Shown here: in pieces, positions 54,362-63,238 of the stretch
How positions within the stretch are numbered: position 1 is the stretch's first letter
How the letters are laid out: the number at the start of each line of letters is the position of its first letter
IMG/VR virus record: IMGVR_UViG_3300014613_000002
Span: 1-64,000 of that record
DNA: 64,000 nt
Source: a virus
Lineage: Duplodnaviria; Caudoviricetes
Strand: one strand, 5' to 3'
Notes under the pieces: generated by a model
Told to the model about the DNA's origin: nothing
What the model saw: only the letters and a program-made list of their open reading frames with translations
Databases searched by the model: none
Program-made: the position numbers and the translations under genes

Positions 54362-54841
54362 TTATGCAACCACTATCTCAGAGTTGGCGTCCATCCGATA
54401 GTAGACGACATAGAAAACTAGCGTCGAAGTCAGATTCCCGTTGATAGTCAAGGCAATGTTACCTGGCCCTGCCAGTTGCCCACCTATAAAGTTATTAACT
54501 ACTGCACCTGTCGTCGGCATTGGATTTGACGCCACGTTCGGGACAATGACACTACCAGCAGTAGCCTCAAGCGGCCACATGATTATGTCGTCCAGTGTAC
54601 TATTTAGTATCACGGCACCAGTCTGGGCACCAACAAGATTTATTGTTATTGCGCCAGTAAAGCCACTGGTTTCGCCAATAACTGTAACATGAGCGAAAAG
54701 ACCTGTTATCCAGACTAGCCCGCCAACTATGGTGAACAGGTTGCCAGGAGCGTAGTTAGCGACAAGGTATATCTCGCCTGGCCTTATAGCCACCTCCATC
54801 ACATCAAGGGATATTCTTTTAACTGTAGCTCCTAATCCCAT
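54362..54841 (-). CDS. jelly-roll-like vertex paralog 2
   Basis: LFTIVGGLVWITGLF..VFYVVYYRMD. Confidence 0.75.
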   Translation of the reverse strand: MGLGATVKRISLDVMEVAIRPGEIYLVANYAPGNLFTIVGGLVWITGLFAHVTVIGETSGFTGAITINLVGAQTGAVILNSTLDDIIMWPLEATAGSVIVPNVASNPMPTTGAVVNNFIGGQLAGPGNIALTINGNLTSTLVFYVVYYRMDANSEIVVA

Positions 54842-54884
54842 ATTTTTTAATCTCCTTCCGCTTTTCTACAAGCGATTATTATTT

Positions 54885-55361
54885 TTATGCTACATCTATA
54901 TTGGAGTTGGGGTTCATTCGATAGTAGACACAGTAGAAACTGCACATTCCAACAGTAGAAGCAGTAGTGACAGCAAGAGTGATGTCACCAGGGCTTGCTA
55001 ACTGACCAAAACAGTTGGCTGCAACACCCAATATGGTCGGCATGGGGTTAGCCAACACATTCGGGATTGGAACAACTCCTGTTATTAAAGGCCAAACACA
55101 AATGCCATTTATAACTGTTGACACAATAGTAGGAACAGCACTATCTGCAGGCACGCCACATATCTGTATTTCCATTGTGGTGCCTGTTCCAGCGTTGTCA
55201 ACCGCTTCATCAGCGAAGAAGAAAAGGCCCTTTATCCAGACTGGCCCACCGACAATTGTGAAGATAGGAGCCGCAGCAGCGATCCCATAAACCTGAGGCG
55301 GCCTCTTCACCACCTCCATTACATCCATGGATATGTTCTTTACAACATTACTAAGTCCCAT
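54885..55361 (-). CDS. jelly-roll-like vertex paralog 1
   Basis: IFTIVGGPVWIKGLF..SFYCVYYRMN. Confidence 0.75.
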   Translation of the reverse strand: MGLSNVVKNISMDVMEVVKRPPQVYGIAAAAPIFTIVGGPVWIKGLFFFADEAVDNAGTGTTMEIQICGVPADSAVPTIVSTVINGICVWPLITGVVPIPNVLANPMPTILGVAANCFGQLASPGDITLAVTTASTVGMCSFYCVYYRMNPNSNIDVA

Positions 55362-55440
55362 AGTTTTACCTCCTTACCACCATTCTATGGTGTTCTTTTG
55401 TTTTGGGAGAGGCCATTAAGACCTCTCCCTTAACTTACTA

Positions 55441-55983
55441 TTAACTTACTACCATGCCACGAGGCTCAATCACATAGCCCAGAAACTTAATATATTCTGG
55501 GGCATGAATTGCGTCAGCCGCTATGTCCACGATAACCAGTTCGCTTGGGTCGTAGACAACTGGCTCGCTGAGCATTCCTGCACAATAGGTGAAGCCTCGA
55601 CAATTCTGCAGGTCGACCAGCATCTTAGTTGTTCCACCAAGAAGAGCAGTCCTGAAAGTGACCAAGGTGGCCATAGGAGCAGTATCATAATCGTCTATTC
55701 CATAGAAGACGATTATTCTGTTAGCTGGAAGGGCTGCACTCGTGATGGCGCCAACATTGGCACCAGCTGCTGCTAAGTTGAGACCCCACTCATCCTCATT
55801 CACCGTGCCAACAGCAAGGTCAGCAAAAGCCCTAATATCCCTGACAACCAAATTGGCATCAGTTGTCGTCAGAGCTAGGCGAAGCATATGGGTGACGCCA
55901 GCTGCAATCGCAGCCTGCTTGTAACTCTTAATATCAGTAAGAGTCATTGTTTCCATAGGCACTAAAAAACTTGTTCCGTACAT
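55441..55983 (-). CDS. candidate single-jelly-roll major capsid protein 1
   Basis: 180 aa; strands LVVRDI, IIVFYGI, TLVTFR, MLVDL, EPVVYDPSELVIVDI, IKFLGYVIEP; strong SD; second gene of the capsid block. Confidence 0.6.
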   Translation of the reverse strand: MYGTSFLVPMETMTLTDIKSYKQAAIAAGVTHMLRLALTTTDANLVVRDIRAFADLAVGTVNEDEWGLNLAAAGANVGAITSAALPANRIIVFYGIDDYDTAPMATLVTFRTALLGGTTKMLVDLQNCRGFTYCAGMLSEPVVYDPSELVIVDIAADAIHAPEYIKFLGYVIEPRGMVVS

Positions 55984-56018
55984 TTATTTAACCTCCAAAA
56001 GTTATATTTTATTCGGAG

Positions 56019-56498
56019 TTACACGGCCTTTGGCCATGTGTCCACTATGTTCTTTGGCTGGGCTGGATAGCTGCCCACACCTGGATGTCCTCTGCCTAGC
56101 ATTCTTGGCCCAGACCTGCCGATTTCAATATCTGTGAAAGCAGCCAAGCCTTGAGACAACGCCCCCGCCATTCCTCCAGCAACAGCCGCCCTAGCTCCAC
56201 TTACACCTCCGAGTGATTTGGCAGCAAGGCCAACTAAGCCAGCACTACCAAGAGCTAACAGGAATTTGCCGAACTTCTGTCCCCTAGTTGCAGCATCCTT
56301 GATTATCATTCCAGGCAGCATTATCGCCCCAGCGAATCCGCCAAGGGCAAGACCAGCATCCATCGGGCTAATTCCCTGCCAGAATTCTGCGAGACCTTTT
56401 GGCATAGCCAAAGCAGCAGCAGGGTTTCTCCTACTCCTACTCCTTCGGCGCTTCCTGCGGTAAGGATTCTCCTGCAAAAGTATTTCTGAATAACCCAT
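56019..56498 (-). CDS. major virion membrane protein candidate
   Basis: ENPYRRKRRRSRSRRNP basic head followed by ~3 Gly/Ala-rich TM segments; directly upstream of the MCP. Confidence 0.75.
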   Translation of the reverse strand: MGYSEILLQENPYRRKRRRSRSRRNPAAALAMPKGLAEFWQGISPMDAGLALGGFAGAIMLPGMIIKDAATRGQKFGKFLLALGSAGLVGLAAKSLGGVSGARAAVAGGMAGALSQGLAAFTDIEIGRSGPRMLGRGHPGVGSYPAQPKNIVDTWPKAV

Positions 56499-56533
56499 GT
56501 TTAACCTCCTAAATTATTCCTTCCTCACCTAAT

Positions 56534-56561
56534 AAAAAAAGGTGAGCCTTTCGACTCACCT
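56534..56561 (-). terminator. strong intrinsic terminator
   Basis: AGGTGAGTC-GAAA-GGCTCACCT followed by a U-tract on minus strand. Confidence 0.85.
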
Positions 56562-56636
56562 ATGCGATTTCGCCTTCGGTTAAGTTCTATTTCGTCCTAG
56601 GAGATGTCTCCTTCAGACTCAATATTCAATTACATA

Positions 56637-56665
56637 ATTATAAAACAGTTAAGAAATTTTGTCAA
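56637..56665 (-). promoter_or_regulatory. consensus sigma70 promoter
   Basis: TTGACA (56665-56660), 17 nt, TATAAT (56642-56637). Confidence 0.85.
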
Positions 56666-56740
56666 ATCAAAAGAGGAAGGAGTTAACCCCAACTTTAGAT
56701 TTTAATATTAAAGGGAATCTTAGATTCCTCCTTCCTCTCA

Positions 56741-56947
56741 TTAGAATTTAACCCCAATACCAACAGGTGGCTCGCCTTTATCAAATCTCACCTTCGGCTT
56801 AGCTCCCAGCAGCTCAACGGGTGCCCCAGCAGCAAACTTCACACTTAAATCAGATTCGGGATAGGTCGTTTGAACATACTGTATGAAGTTGAGCCACTGC
56901 TTGCCTATTTTGAATCCTTCGGCGGTTATGATTTCTGATTCCTGCAT
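56741..56947 (-). CDS. hypothetical protein
   Basis: coupled to upstream stop. Confidence 0.65.
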   Translation of the reverse strand: MQESEIITAEGFKIGKQWLNFIQYVQTTYPESDLSVKFAAGAPVELLGAKPKVRFDKGEPPVGIGVKF

Positions 56948-57229
56948 TTAGTCTCCTTCTAGCTCTGCAAAGATAGATAGTCCATCTCCACCAACTGTTG
57001 CATTTAGCCACAAGTTATCCATTCGGGTTGCCTTCAGCGGGATATCTATGTTTGGCGCTATTTCATATCGTGTGCCTGGGGTTAGTGTCTCAGAGCTATC
57101 GCTGGCGATAAAGATATTCCCACCATTACCCAGAGTGGAAACTCGCATCTCATTGAATGTAAGCTTTCCCTTCGGAAATTCGACTGGGACTCCTGCTACG
57201 GGAGCGTTTACTCGGTAACATTTTATCAT
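56948..57229 (-). CDS. small beta-rich (jelly-roll-like) protein
   Basis: NGGNIFIAS..YEIAP..LWLNATVGGDGLSIF. Confidence 0.6.
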   Translation of the reverse strand: MIKCYRVNAPVAGVPVEFPKGKLTFNEMRVSTLGNGGNIFIASDSSETLTPGTRYEIAPNIDIPLKATRMDNLWLNATVGGDGLSIFAELEGD

Positions 57230-57309
57230 GGCATTATATTATCCAAAGGTCTATTTGTACAGTGTTCTCCAATAGTGATTACCTTTGATTTCTGCACTTA
57301 AGTATCTTC

Positions 57310-58374
57310 TCATTTCTTATTAAATAATTGAATTTGCTTTATTAGTTCATCGTCTGTCTTATTTCGCAAATCGTGCTCCCAGATAACTAAACAATCGAAA
57401 CCTAACGAGTTATAAGCCATTATGCGCCCTAATTCACTCCTGCGCCAATTATCATTCGCATTATGAAAATAATCACCAAAAGCTTCAATAAGCTTCTTTT
57501 TCCCATTGACATTGGCGAAGTCAGGATTCAATCCATTTATAATGAGGGAGGCATCTCCGGTATACTTATATTCATTAGGGCAAGCAACTTTAATTAAATG
57601 TAGTATCTTTGATTCAAACTTATTGGGCCTTAATCCTGTAGCTTCCCTCGACTTTTTGGCCATCTTTTCTATGTGCAAGTTTTTCTCTTCGGCAGACAAA
57701 GAAGCCCAATATCTTTTTAATGCTTTCTGCCTTTTAGACTTGTTTAACTTTAGTGCTTTTGATATATTAGCACAATGCTCAACAGAGAGTGGTTTACCTA
57801 GATGAGCAATGGACATTTTTGCTTTAGAAGACATGCTATATTTTCTCCCTTTTGCCCAAGGTCGAGGTCGTTTGGCAAATTCAGTGAGCTGTTCTCGAAA
57901 ATATAAATTTTTCCAAAGGTTCTTCATACGCTTAGATGTAGACTCTTTGCGTTCTGGCAGAGAAGCTGACATCTTAAATATATTAATCATTTTCTGTCTA
58001 TAATTTTTATCTTGCCATCTATTCTTGGCAATACTAGACATTTTATCTTTAGCTTCTTTTGTATGGTGGCTACCTTTACCAAAACTGTTTAAGCGTTGCT
58101 TCCTTTTAGCTTCTTCACTATATAGACTATTCCTCATTATTTGCTCATAACTTGGATTTTTCCAAAGTTCTTTTAATGAATTAGATATTTTTTGCTTAGT
58201 TATATTGCTAACTTTATGGTCTTTCAGACTATTGCTAACTTTTCTAGAAATGGATTGTTTATATTTACTATCTGCCCAGCGTTTTCGGGAAGCCTCGCCA
58301 ATTTTCTGTTTACTTTCCTCGGTATAAGATTTCATAACGTAATATCTACAATCTTTGAGTATTCTGTTCTCCAC
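57310..58374 (-). CDS. NUMOD3-repeat + Vsr/DUF559-like homing endonuclease
   Basis: HTKEAKDKMS repeats; PDF..IEAFGDYFH..DCLVIWEH. Confidence 0.85.
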   Translation of the reverse strand: MENRILKDCRYYVMKSYTEESKQKIGEASRKRWADSKYKQSISRKVSNSLKDHKVSNITKQKISNSLKELWKNPSYEQIMRNSLYSEEAKRKQRLNSFGKGSHHTKEAKDKMSSIAKNRWQDKNYRQKMINIFKMSASLPERKESTSKRMKNLWKNLYFREQLTEFAKRPRPWAKGRKYSMSSKAKMSIAHLGKPLSVEHCANISKALKLNKSKRQKALKRYWASLSAEEKNLHIEKMAKKSREATGLRPNKFESKILHLIKVACPNEYKYTGDASLIINGLNPDFANVNGKKKLIEAFGDYFHNANDNWRRSELGRIMAYNSLGFDCLVIWEHDLRNKTDDELIKQIQLFNKK

Positions 58375-58805
58375 CCAATGGGCCTTTCTGAAGTTAAATC
58401 AAGAAAAATCCAATCATTTATTTCTGGAGAAAATACTTGAGCTATGGCATGGTCGTATTCCCCATCAAGATTGCAGTCCAAAATTGAGATTTTGGTTTCA
58501 TGACCAATTGAACCCAACAAACTTGAAATAAGCAAAGCTGCTGATTCACAATCCTCGTGCATTTTGCTAGTAGCTTGATACTGCTCTAAGAGCTTCCTCG
58601 GGGAAGTAAGTAGCTCCCTTCCGTGCGGGTCAGCGACATATTCAAAATTGGATTTCGCCCAGTTAAAAATCGAGGCTATCTCATCGCCTTCTTGTCTGGC
58701 TGAAATAGCCGCATCTCTTACCTCAGAACAACGAATGCCGTCATTGAGCATTCTCCTAAGTTCTGTTTTGATTGTCTCCAAACTTGCTTCGGGAATAATT
58801 TTCAT
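58332..58805 (-). CDS. transglutaminase-like cysteine protease/hydrolase
   Basis: IFNWAKSNFEYVADP..EDCES..HAIAQV..WIFLD (Cys-His-Asp). Confidence 0.85.
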   Translation of the reverse strand: MKIIPEASLETIKTELRRMLNDGIRCSEVRDAAISARQEGDEIASIFNWAKSNFEYVADPHGRELLTSPRKLLEQYQATSKMHEDCESAALLISSLLGSIGHETKISILDCNLDGEYDHAIAQVFSPEINDWIFLDLTSERPIGWRTEYSKIVDITL

Positions 58806-58987
58806 TTGATAGGCCTGCTAAAGGTAATTAATCCATCCTTGCTTACCTTTCTCGCTTCGCCGCAGAACTTGCAAACCTGCTCTGAATCCTCAGCAACCCA
58901 CCAATGGGCTTTTGTTGGACTTTTATCGCACTTCCAGCTTCCAGAGTTGACATATTGCTGAAAACTCCTGTCTTTCGGGTAAGTCAT
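58802..58987 (-). CDS. small zinc-binding protein
   Basis: WKC..AHWW..CKFC. Confidence 0.65.
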   Translation of the reverse strand: MTYPKDRSFQQYVNSGSWKCDKSPTKAHWWVAEDSEQVCKFCGEARKVSKDGLITFSRPIK

Positions 58988-59172
58988 TGCTTTGTCATCC
59001 TCTCGGTCACAATTTTCATTATCATTGGTGCCAAAGCTGATAGCGACATTTCACCTGCAATTTTCACCTTCCCTTCATCGAGATACAACAGCACATGACC
59101 TGAAAGTCTGTACCTTTGGGCTAGCGAACCTATGGCTTCTGTTAGCTCTAGTTTTTCACTTGGTGATAACAT
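58984..59172 (-). CDS. hypothetical protein
   Basis: AGGAG SD; ATGA coupling. Confidence 0.6.
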   Translation of the reverse strand: MLSPSEKLELTEAIGSLAQRYRLSGHVLLYLDEGKVKIAGEMSLSALAPMIMKIVTERMTKQ

Positions 59173-59238
59173 TCTAAACTCCTAAGAATTTACTTACTTA
59201 AATATTGTTAAAGTTTCCAAATTCTAGGTCAACCAAGC

Positions 59239-59565
59239 TTAATTAACCTCACAATAACTCCCATAATGACTACCAATTGGGCAACCACTCCCACCAGGCA
59301 AACTTCTATCACCACCACAAACAGGACATCTGTCTGCAAATTCGTATCCTGACCCTTTATAGTAATCAGGATTGTAATTGGGGGTCTCCAAATTTAAGAT
59401 TGGGGTATCCTCAGCTACTTCAACCCAGCCTTTCCCACCACAACTTCTGCATTGCTCTGGATTAACACGTGAAGATACCCAAAATGGACAATCACCACCA
59501 CGATTGTAAAAACCAGCAGATACTTGACCTACCCCATTGCATACAGGACATATTACTGCTTTCAT
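59239..59565 (-). CDS. DnaJ-type zinc-finger protein
   Basis: CPVCNGVG, CRSCGGKG, CPVCGG. Confidence 0.7.
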   Translation of the reverse strand: MKAVICPVCNGVGQVSAGFYNRGGDCPFWVSSRVNPEQCRSCGGKGWVEVAEDTPILNLETPNYNPDYYKGSGYEFADRCPVCGGDRSLPGGSGCPIGSHYGSYCEVN

Positions 59566-60353
59566 TTATCCTCCTCAAATGCTTTTACTCGTTGGATAAC
59601 TTTGTCTTTATCTTTAAGCTCGTGTTCCCAAATAACCAGACAATCAAACCCATACGAGTTATATATATACATTTTACCTATCTCACTGTATTCCCAATGG
59701 TCTTTTATAACTTCCCAAGAGTGCCAATAGTCTCCAAACATCTCTATTACTTTCTTTTTTCCGTTTATATTGATAAAATCAGGATATAAATTACCTATCT
59801 TCACATTTCCATTGCCACAGTAAACATATCTGTTAGGATAAATGTCATTAAGTAAATTACCCAATTCCAATTCTACCTTGTTTGGCTCTGGATGTTTCTG
59901 TCTCCATTGAGCTGCGGCTATACTTCCAGCTTCTATAAAATTTCTAAGCCATACCTCTTTCTTTTCTGGAGATACAGTTAGCCAGTATTTTTTCATAGTG
60001 TTAGACAGCTGTTCTAACTTTTCAGGGGTATAACTATTGGTTAAAACGACTGATAATGTTCGAGATGAACTCATCACACGAGAATCTGATTCCTTCGTTA
60101 AACCTTTGTTCCAAGGAATACTTCCTTTTTGATAAGCGTTCTTAGGTGGTTTCTTGTGAAGTCGGCAACAGGAAGGACATACTATAGAACTTCTAGGCTC
60201 TCCTCTTACTGATTGAACCCAACGACATTTATTACATACAGGACAAGAAACCCAAATGTATTGCCCCCATCCTTTCTTACCAATCTCGCAAGCTTTCCTA
60301 ATTTCACCAAGTTCTGGCATTATATACTCTTTATAAATTTTTTGGCTATCCAT
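59562..60353 (-). CDS. zinc finger + Vsr/DUF559-like homing endonuclease
   Basis: PDF..IEMFGDYWH..DCLVIWEHEL. Confidence 0.85.
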   Translation of the reverse strand: MDSQKIYKEYIMPELGEIRKACEIGKKGWGQYIWVSCPVCNKCRWVQSVRGEPRSSIVCPSCCRLHKKPPKNAYQKGSIPWNKGLTKESDSRVMSSSRTLSVVLTNSYTPEKLEQLSNTMKKYWLTVSPEKKEVWLRNFIEAGSIAAAQWRQKHPEPNKVELELGNLLNDIYPNRYVYCGNGNVKIGNLYPDFININGKKKVIEMFGDYWHSWEVIKDHWEYSEIGKMYIYNSYGFDCLVIWEHELKDKDKVIQRVKAFEEDK

Positions 60354-60637
60354 GAACTCACTGCTGCTCCTGCTATAGCTGCTGGAACATCCCCAATATG
60401 TACTGATAGATAGCGTTGGATTAGTCCAGTTCCTGTTCCAGTCACGAAAGACCGCAAGTTCCTGGCTTGCTTCTCGTTCAGCGACAGCTCGCTGATTATG
60501 TTTTCTGGATTTTGGAAGATTTTTACCAGGTCAGTGCCGCCTCCACCGCTAAGGCGCTTGATTTCTTGCTCTAGTTGGTCAATTCGCTCACTGCTGGATA
60601 TTACCTCTGGCTCATCATATTCATAATCTTGTTCCAT
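60320..60637 (-). CDS. hypothetical protein with C-terminal hydrophobic helices
   Basis: operon context. Confidence 0.65.
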   Translation of the reverse strand: MEQDYEYDEPEVISSSERIDQLEQEIKRLSGGGGTDLVKIFQNPENIISELSLNEKQARNLRSFVTGTGTGLIQRYLSVHIGDVPAAIAGAAVSSWIAKKFIKSI

Positions 60638-60855
60638 TATTTATCTCCCGATTCTTTAATTTCTGCTCCCTTTAGACTCTCATCTAATTCCCATTCTCTA
60701 GTAAATATTGCTTCATCTTCACCTGCAATACCACTTATATCGAAAGTTACTCCAGCTTTTAATAGTTGTGATTCAGCTTCCCAGACATACTTTAGCTGTT
60801 CTTTTGATTTTATTGGAATTACTAGTCTAGCCACTAACGCTCCTATAATACTCAA
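60637..60855 (-). CDS. hypothetical protein
   Basis: operon context. Confidence 0.55.
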   Translation of the reverse strand: MSIIGALVARLVIPIKSKEQLKYVWEAESQLLKAGVTFDISGIAGEDEAIFTREWELDESLKGAEIKESGDK

Positions 60856-61879
60856 TAGCTATTTGCAGCCACTCCTCATCTGCCTGTTTCCGCTCCAGCT
60901 TCTCGACTATCCTCCTATATTCCTCATTTGCCTTAAATGGCTGCAGCATCTTGATTATTGTATCAGCGTCATTCTCAATCATCAAGTTCAGTGCAAACAT
61001 GGCCTCTGGGCTGTCGTTCTGCTGAAGCTCTATCAGAGAGTCAATGAAGGGTATCGGCTCACCATCCAGATAGTCAGCCAAGAGGCTCAAGTCCAATTCC
61101 AGCACAGGCCTTGGCTCCTCAAGCTCCTCAACTGCTGGTTTAGTCTCTTCAAGCTTAGGTTCCTCTTCTGGTTTTACCTCAGCTTTTTCTGGTTTCTTGC
61201 CTGCTTCCAGTCTCTTTAATTCTCTTTGCTCAAGGAGACGCTTGTAGCCCACAGCATCCATTTCCCTCAGTTGTCCGTTAACTTCGACTACATAAGTTGT
61301 TGGCTGAATTGGAGGCTGTCTTCCTTGGAGCAGGGCTAAGATATTCGGTACTTGCTTGGCAAGTTCGGTTAGAAGTTCAGCATTGATTAAGCCGCCCAAC
61401 GGCCCAGATTTACCGCCAAACCTTGATTTTAGTTCCTCATAGTTATCGAGTTCTTCCAAGACTTGGCCAATGGCAGTGCCTTGTGGGTATTCCTCGTCTT
61501 CTTTTCCCTCGGGAATTTCACCTACTATACTTTCAAGTCGCTTTCGTGCAAATTCTTTAGTTAATTCAGGGTCGTTCTTTATTTCTTCTAAGGCTTGCCT
61601 GGTAATTATGGAATCAATTTCATGTTTTTGCTTATCTTCTGGTCTAGGTGCTGGCGGTAATTCTAGTTTATATTTAGAAGCAATCATGCTCCTGTAAACT
61701 TCTTCATCACTAGATAGCTGTTGTATCATTCGCTGATGTAGAACTTTGTCTGTTTCCATTTGCTGTTCTACTTTCTCAGTTTCAGCTTCAACCTTCTTAC
61801 TATCCAATTTTTGCTTGGGGCCAGGTTCTCTGGTTGTTGGGTATTTCCTTTTCCTAAAAAATCTCATGTTACCTCTCAA
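60827..61879 (-). CDS. acidic coiled-coil protein, first gene of the minus-strand unit
   Basis: 350 aa helical; follows the promoter at 61885-61913. Confidence 0.8.
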   Translation of the reverse strand: MRGNMRFFRKRKYPTTREPGPKQKLDSKKVEAETEKVEQQMETDKVLHQRMIQQLSSDEEVYRSMIASKYKLELPPAPRPEDKQKHEIDSIITRQALEEIKNDPELTKEFARKRLESIVGEIPEGKEDEEYPQGTAIGQVLEELDNYEELKSRFGGKSGPLGGLINAELLTELAKQVPNILALLQGRQPPIQPTTYVVEVNGQLREMDAVGYKRLLEQRELKRLEAGKKPEKAEVKPEEEPKLEETKPAVEELEEPRPVLELDLSLLADYLDGEPIPFIDSLIELQQNDSPEAMFALNLMIENDADTIIKMLQPFKANEEYRRIVEKLERKQADEEWLQIAIEYYRSVSG

Positions 61880-61884
61880 TTTGT

Positions 61885-61913
61885 AGTATAATACAAAGGG
61901 AATTATTTGTCAA
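61885..61913 (-). promoter_or_regulatory. sigma70 promoter (divergent pair, leftward)
   Basis: TTGACA-17-TATACT. Confidence 0.8.
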
Positions 61914-61915
61914 AT

Positions 61916-61945
61916 TTGCATTTTAGCTCTTATACATTGTATAAT
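61916..61945 (+). promoter_or_regulatory. sigma70 promoter (divergent pair, rightward)
   Basis: TTGCAT-18-TATAAT. Confidence 0.55.
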
Positions 61946-61956
61946 TATAGGAGAAA

Positions 61957-62148
61957 ATGAAACAAGAAGACAAAATTCAGCAATATATGAAAACTCCTAG
62001 ATTTGGTGAAAGGAGAACTACGCTTCAGGTAGGTATAGGAACTCATATACTGGTAATTGCTTATGCTAGACGCCATAACTTTAGTGTTAGGGAAGCCACA
62101 GAGAAACTAATTACTGCAGGTCTTATGCTTGAGGAGAATATAAAGTGA
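61957..62148 (+). CDS. ribbon-helix-helix-like regulator
   Basis: RRTTLQVG..LVIAYARRHNFSVREATEKLI. Confidence 0.6.
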   Translation: MKQEDKIQQYMKTPRFGERRTTLQVGIGTHILVIAYARRHNFSVREATEKLITAGLMLEENIK

Positions 62149-62717
62149 ACTGGAAATTTTGGAAGAAAGAAGTAATACCTGATGTTACCAGAGCTACTAA
62201 TTACCAAACGATATTTAGAAGAGATGAAAAACTACCATTAGAAGTTTGGACTTACCTAGTCAAGAGAAGAGCAGGATTTAGATGTGAAGTCTGCCATACT
62301 CACAAGAAATTGCAATCTCACCATATTAAACCAACCTACCAATATGGTAAAAATATAATGAGAAACGGGAAGTGTCTTTGTACCAAATGTCACGGTATGG
62401 AGAAAACATTTTTTCAAGAGAACAGTAAATTCCACCTTTCGCTTTGTGAGCGATTTGGCAATGAAAGAGGAACTACCATGTTGTATAAACTTTGGGAAGC
62501 GAAATCAGTAAGAAAAATGGAAAGAATCTTTGCTGAAACTATTAGTCAACAACAGCTAGAACTTGCAGAATCACAAATAAAACCAAAGAGAGAACTAGAT
62601 AAGAAAGAAATTTATGCTCTTGCGAAGGAATATGCAGAGCGTAAACTCAAACTAAACAAGATACTTACTGACCCTGATAAATTTTACGACTGGATAAATA
62701 AGGGAATGCCAGTATAA
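62145..62717 (+). CDS. HNH endonuclease
   Basis: RCEVC..LQSHHIKP..NGKCLCTKCH. Confidence 0.85.
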   Translation: MNWKFWKKEVIPDVTRATNYQTIFRRDEKLPLEVWTYLVKRRAGFRCEVCHTHKKLQSHHIKPTYQYGKNIMRNGKCLCTKCHGMEKTFFQENSKFHLSLCERFGNERGTTMLYKLWEAKSVRKMERIFAETISQQQLELAESQIKPKRELDKKEIYALAKEYAERKLKLNKILTDPDKFYDWINKGMPV

Positions 62718-62958
62718 GAGAAAACTTAGAAATAAAGGAGGAGAAATGAAGCCCTATTATCAGAAATCAGGTTATTGGTGTCAGATATGTCAACACTTGC
62801 ATCGTAATTATAGCAAAATAGGTAAAGCTCATACATTCGCCATAGACCACAGGAAAACAGAACAGATACGGGGACAAAAGTAATAAAAAGAAGGTTCAAT
62901 GATTGAATAAGTCATATTATCAAGATAAATGGGTAACTATATATAACAGAGGATTAAG

Positions 62959-63192
62959 ATGAGAGATTGTAAGAAAGAAGGACATAATCTAAAAGAAGTA
63001 ATGGCTGTAGTAGGCTATCGGTGTAAGTCTTGTGGAGATTATATCAGAAGTGATGCTATACATAGATACGGACTTGGTAGGTGTCCCAAATGTAATGCAC
63101 CGCAAAAGAAATTAGAAGCTCATTTTTCAGGTTCGGAGTATATAAAATATGATTGTAAGAATTGTGGGCATAGTTGGAGAGAGTTAATGTGA
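62959..63192 (+). CDS. zinc-ribbon protein
   Basis: CKSC, CPKC, CKNC. Confidence 0.7.
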   Translation: MRDCKKEGHNLKEVMAVVGYRCKSCGDYIRSDAIHRYGLGRCPKCNAPQKKLEAHFSGSEYIKYDCKNCGHSWRELM

Positions 63193-63238
63193 GATTTCAG
63201 CTAGGCGATATTCACAAGAGACCTTGATTTAGGGAACA

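Noticed and set aside
56585-56617. CUGA...GGACGAAA hammerhead-like bases in the capsid leader (minus strand)
   Set aside because: No stem II partner (GUCC) and no stems I/III.
60575-61219. 214-aa + strand ORF (and similar shadows 47-616, 6482-6943, 30472-30891, 38419-38964, 53705-54199)
   Set aside because: Each fully overlaps a better-supported gene on the opposite strand and has low-complexity, motif-free translation.
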